Positions 62,830-64,000 of a DNA stretch of 64,000 nt are shown here, in pieces (the stretch's first letter is position 1; the number at the start of each line of letters is the position of its first letter). This DNA comes from Anthoceros angustus (taxonomy: Eukaryota > Plantae > Anthocerotophyta): the NCBI GenBank assembly GCA_010909165.1, contig MU008196.1, forward strand, positions 558,001-622,000, read 5' to 3'. The notes under the pieces are model-generated. The model searched no databases, was not told the origin of the DNA, and saw only the letters and a program-made list of their open reading frames with translations. Made by a program: the position numbers and the translations under genes.

Positions 62830-64000
62830 CTCCCCATCGAAAAGAATCACATCCTCGATGATAGCCAACGTCGAGAGATCATCCAGATCCTTTCGAATAT
62901 CCTCTAACGTTACCCAAACCGGATCGAGATCCCACGCAACTTTACCATATCGTGGTACGATTCCACGCTTTGTAGGCACGCTACTCTCGCAAGGAATTCC
63001 TCAATTTCCGCATTCCTTGATTATCTTTGCGAACACTGTACTTCTTGTCCATGTCTTCTTTCTCTTTGCACACAAATGGTTTCGAGTGATACATGAAACA
63101 CATTGTGTGCAAAAATCCATTCAGCTAACTTGTAAGCCACTTCTCCAATGCGCTTCAAGACTACAAATGGACCACCATATCTTGGCCTTAACTTAAGAGT
63201 TAATCCTTGAGGTAATGGGAAATGCTTCAATTTCACCCATACTTTATCCCCAACGTTGAAGACAGCTTTCTCCGTGCCTATCAAAGATATTTCTTCCGAC
63301 GTGCTTGAGCCTTGGCTAAAATTCCTTTGGCAATCTCATGCCTAGCCTTCAACCGCTCAATGAATCGGCGTGGATCTCTAGTGGTAGTATCGAAAACTTC
63401 AGCATTTAGCATGGATACCATCCGGTCAATTTCCTCCCATCTCAAAAGGACTACATCCAAGAGAGGCGTATGTGTTGTTATAACAAAATTGCATCGTCTA
63501 GATGATCACCAATCCTCCGATCAATCGCACATAATGCCTTAAGTATTCTTCTTGGATTCGTTGACTCGCTCGGTTGAGCCATCGATCGGATGGAAAGTCG
63601 TGCTCATACATAATTCCACATTCAAGCATTTCATCAAATGCTGCCAAAATTCTCCTGTGAACCTTGGATCCCTGTCACTCACAATCTGCATAGGTAAGCC
63701 ATGGTACTTGTATACATACTTCTTAAACAAGTGGCTACCTCGGCCACTCTTCTTTGTAGGGATGAAATGTGCTTGTTTGGTGAATCTATCCACCACATGA
63801 TATGTACAACCATTCTTTGGTGGCAAAGGCATGATAAAATCCATAGAGATACTCTTCCAAGGTCCACTTGGAATAGGTAGTAGCAAACCTCTTGGTTTAG
63901 CTTGCTCCACCTTATCTTGCGACAAACAGACATGCCTTGACATAATCCACATATCGATACATTCCGGCCAAAAAGCCTTCCTTAGCTTCTCATAAGTGGG
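62830..64000 (-). mobile_element. Ty3/Gypsy chromovirus: integrase core, GPY/F motif and chromodomain
   Basis: PSGPWKSISMDFIMPLP...VVDRFTKQAHFIP...IVSDRDPRFTGEFW; KLRPRYGGPFVVLKRIGEVAYKL...HNVFHVS; EIEEFLA...VK.RG...WVTLEDI. Confidence 0.9.

Noticed and set aside
1-64000. rRNA, tRNA or other structured ncRNA genes
   Set aside because: None recognised by eye. tRNAscan-SE or Infernal would be needed to exclude them.

Overview
Eukaryotic genomic DNA, most likely from a non-seed land plant (inferred from the GNOM-like gene and the retroelement types). The assembly looks noisy: many 1-nt indels, one N, a GC-only garbage tract and several near-identical tandem duplications. There is one clear host gene, a GNOM/GBF1-type ARF-GEF on the minus strand (33710->29019, two predicted GT-AG introns). 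The rest is mostly nested mobile elements: Ty3/Gypsy gag-protease fragments, LTR families labelled A-D here, CRE-like (RLE) non-LTR retrotransposon fragments, a spliced Sola/DUF7869-like transposase fragment, a ParB-like ORF, and the integrase-chromodomain end of a chromovirus. The main result is a minus-strand Ty3/Gypsy element (~37040-46560), 3.5 kb upstream of GNOM. Its pol reads Gag(CCHC)-protease-C5 cytosine DNA methyltransferase-RT-RNaseH-integrase-PHD finger, so it carries both a DNA methylation writer and a putative histone-mark reader. All domain calls are by-eye motif recognition across frameshifts, with no searches run. Boundaries are approximate.
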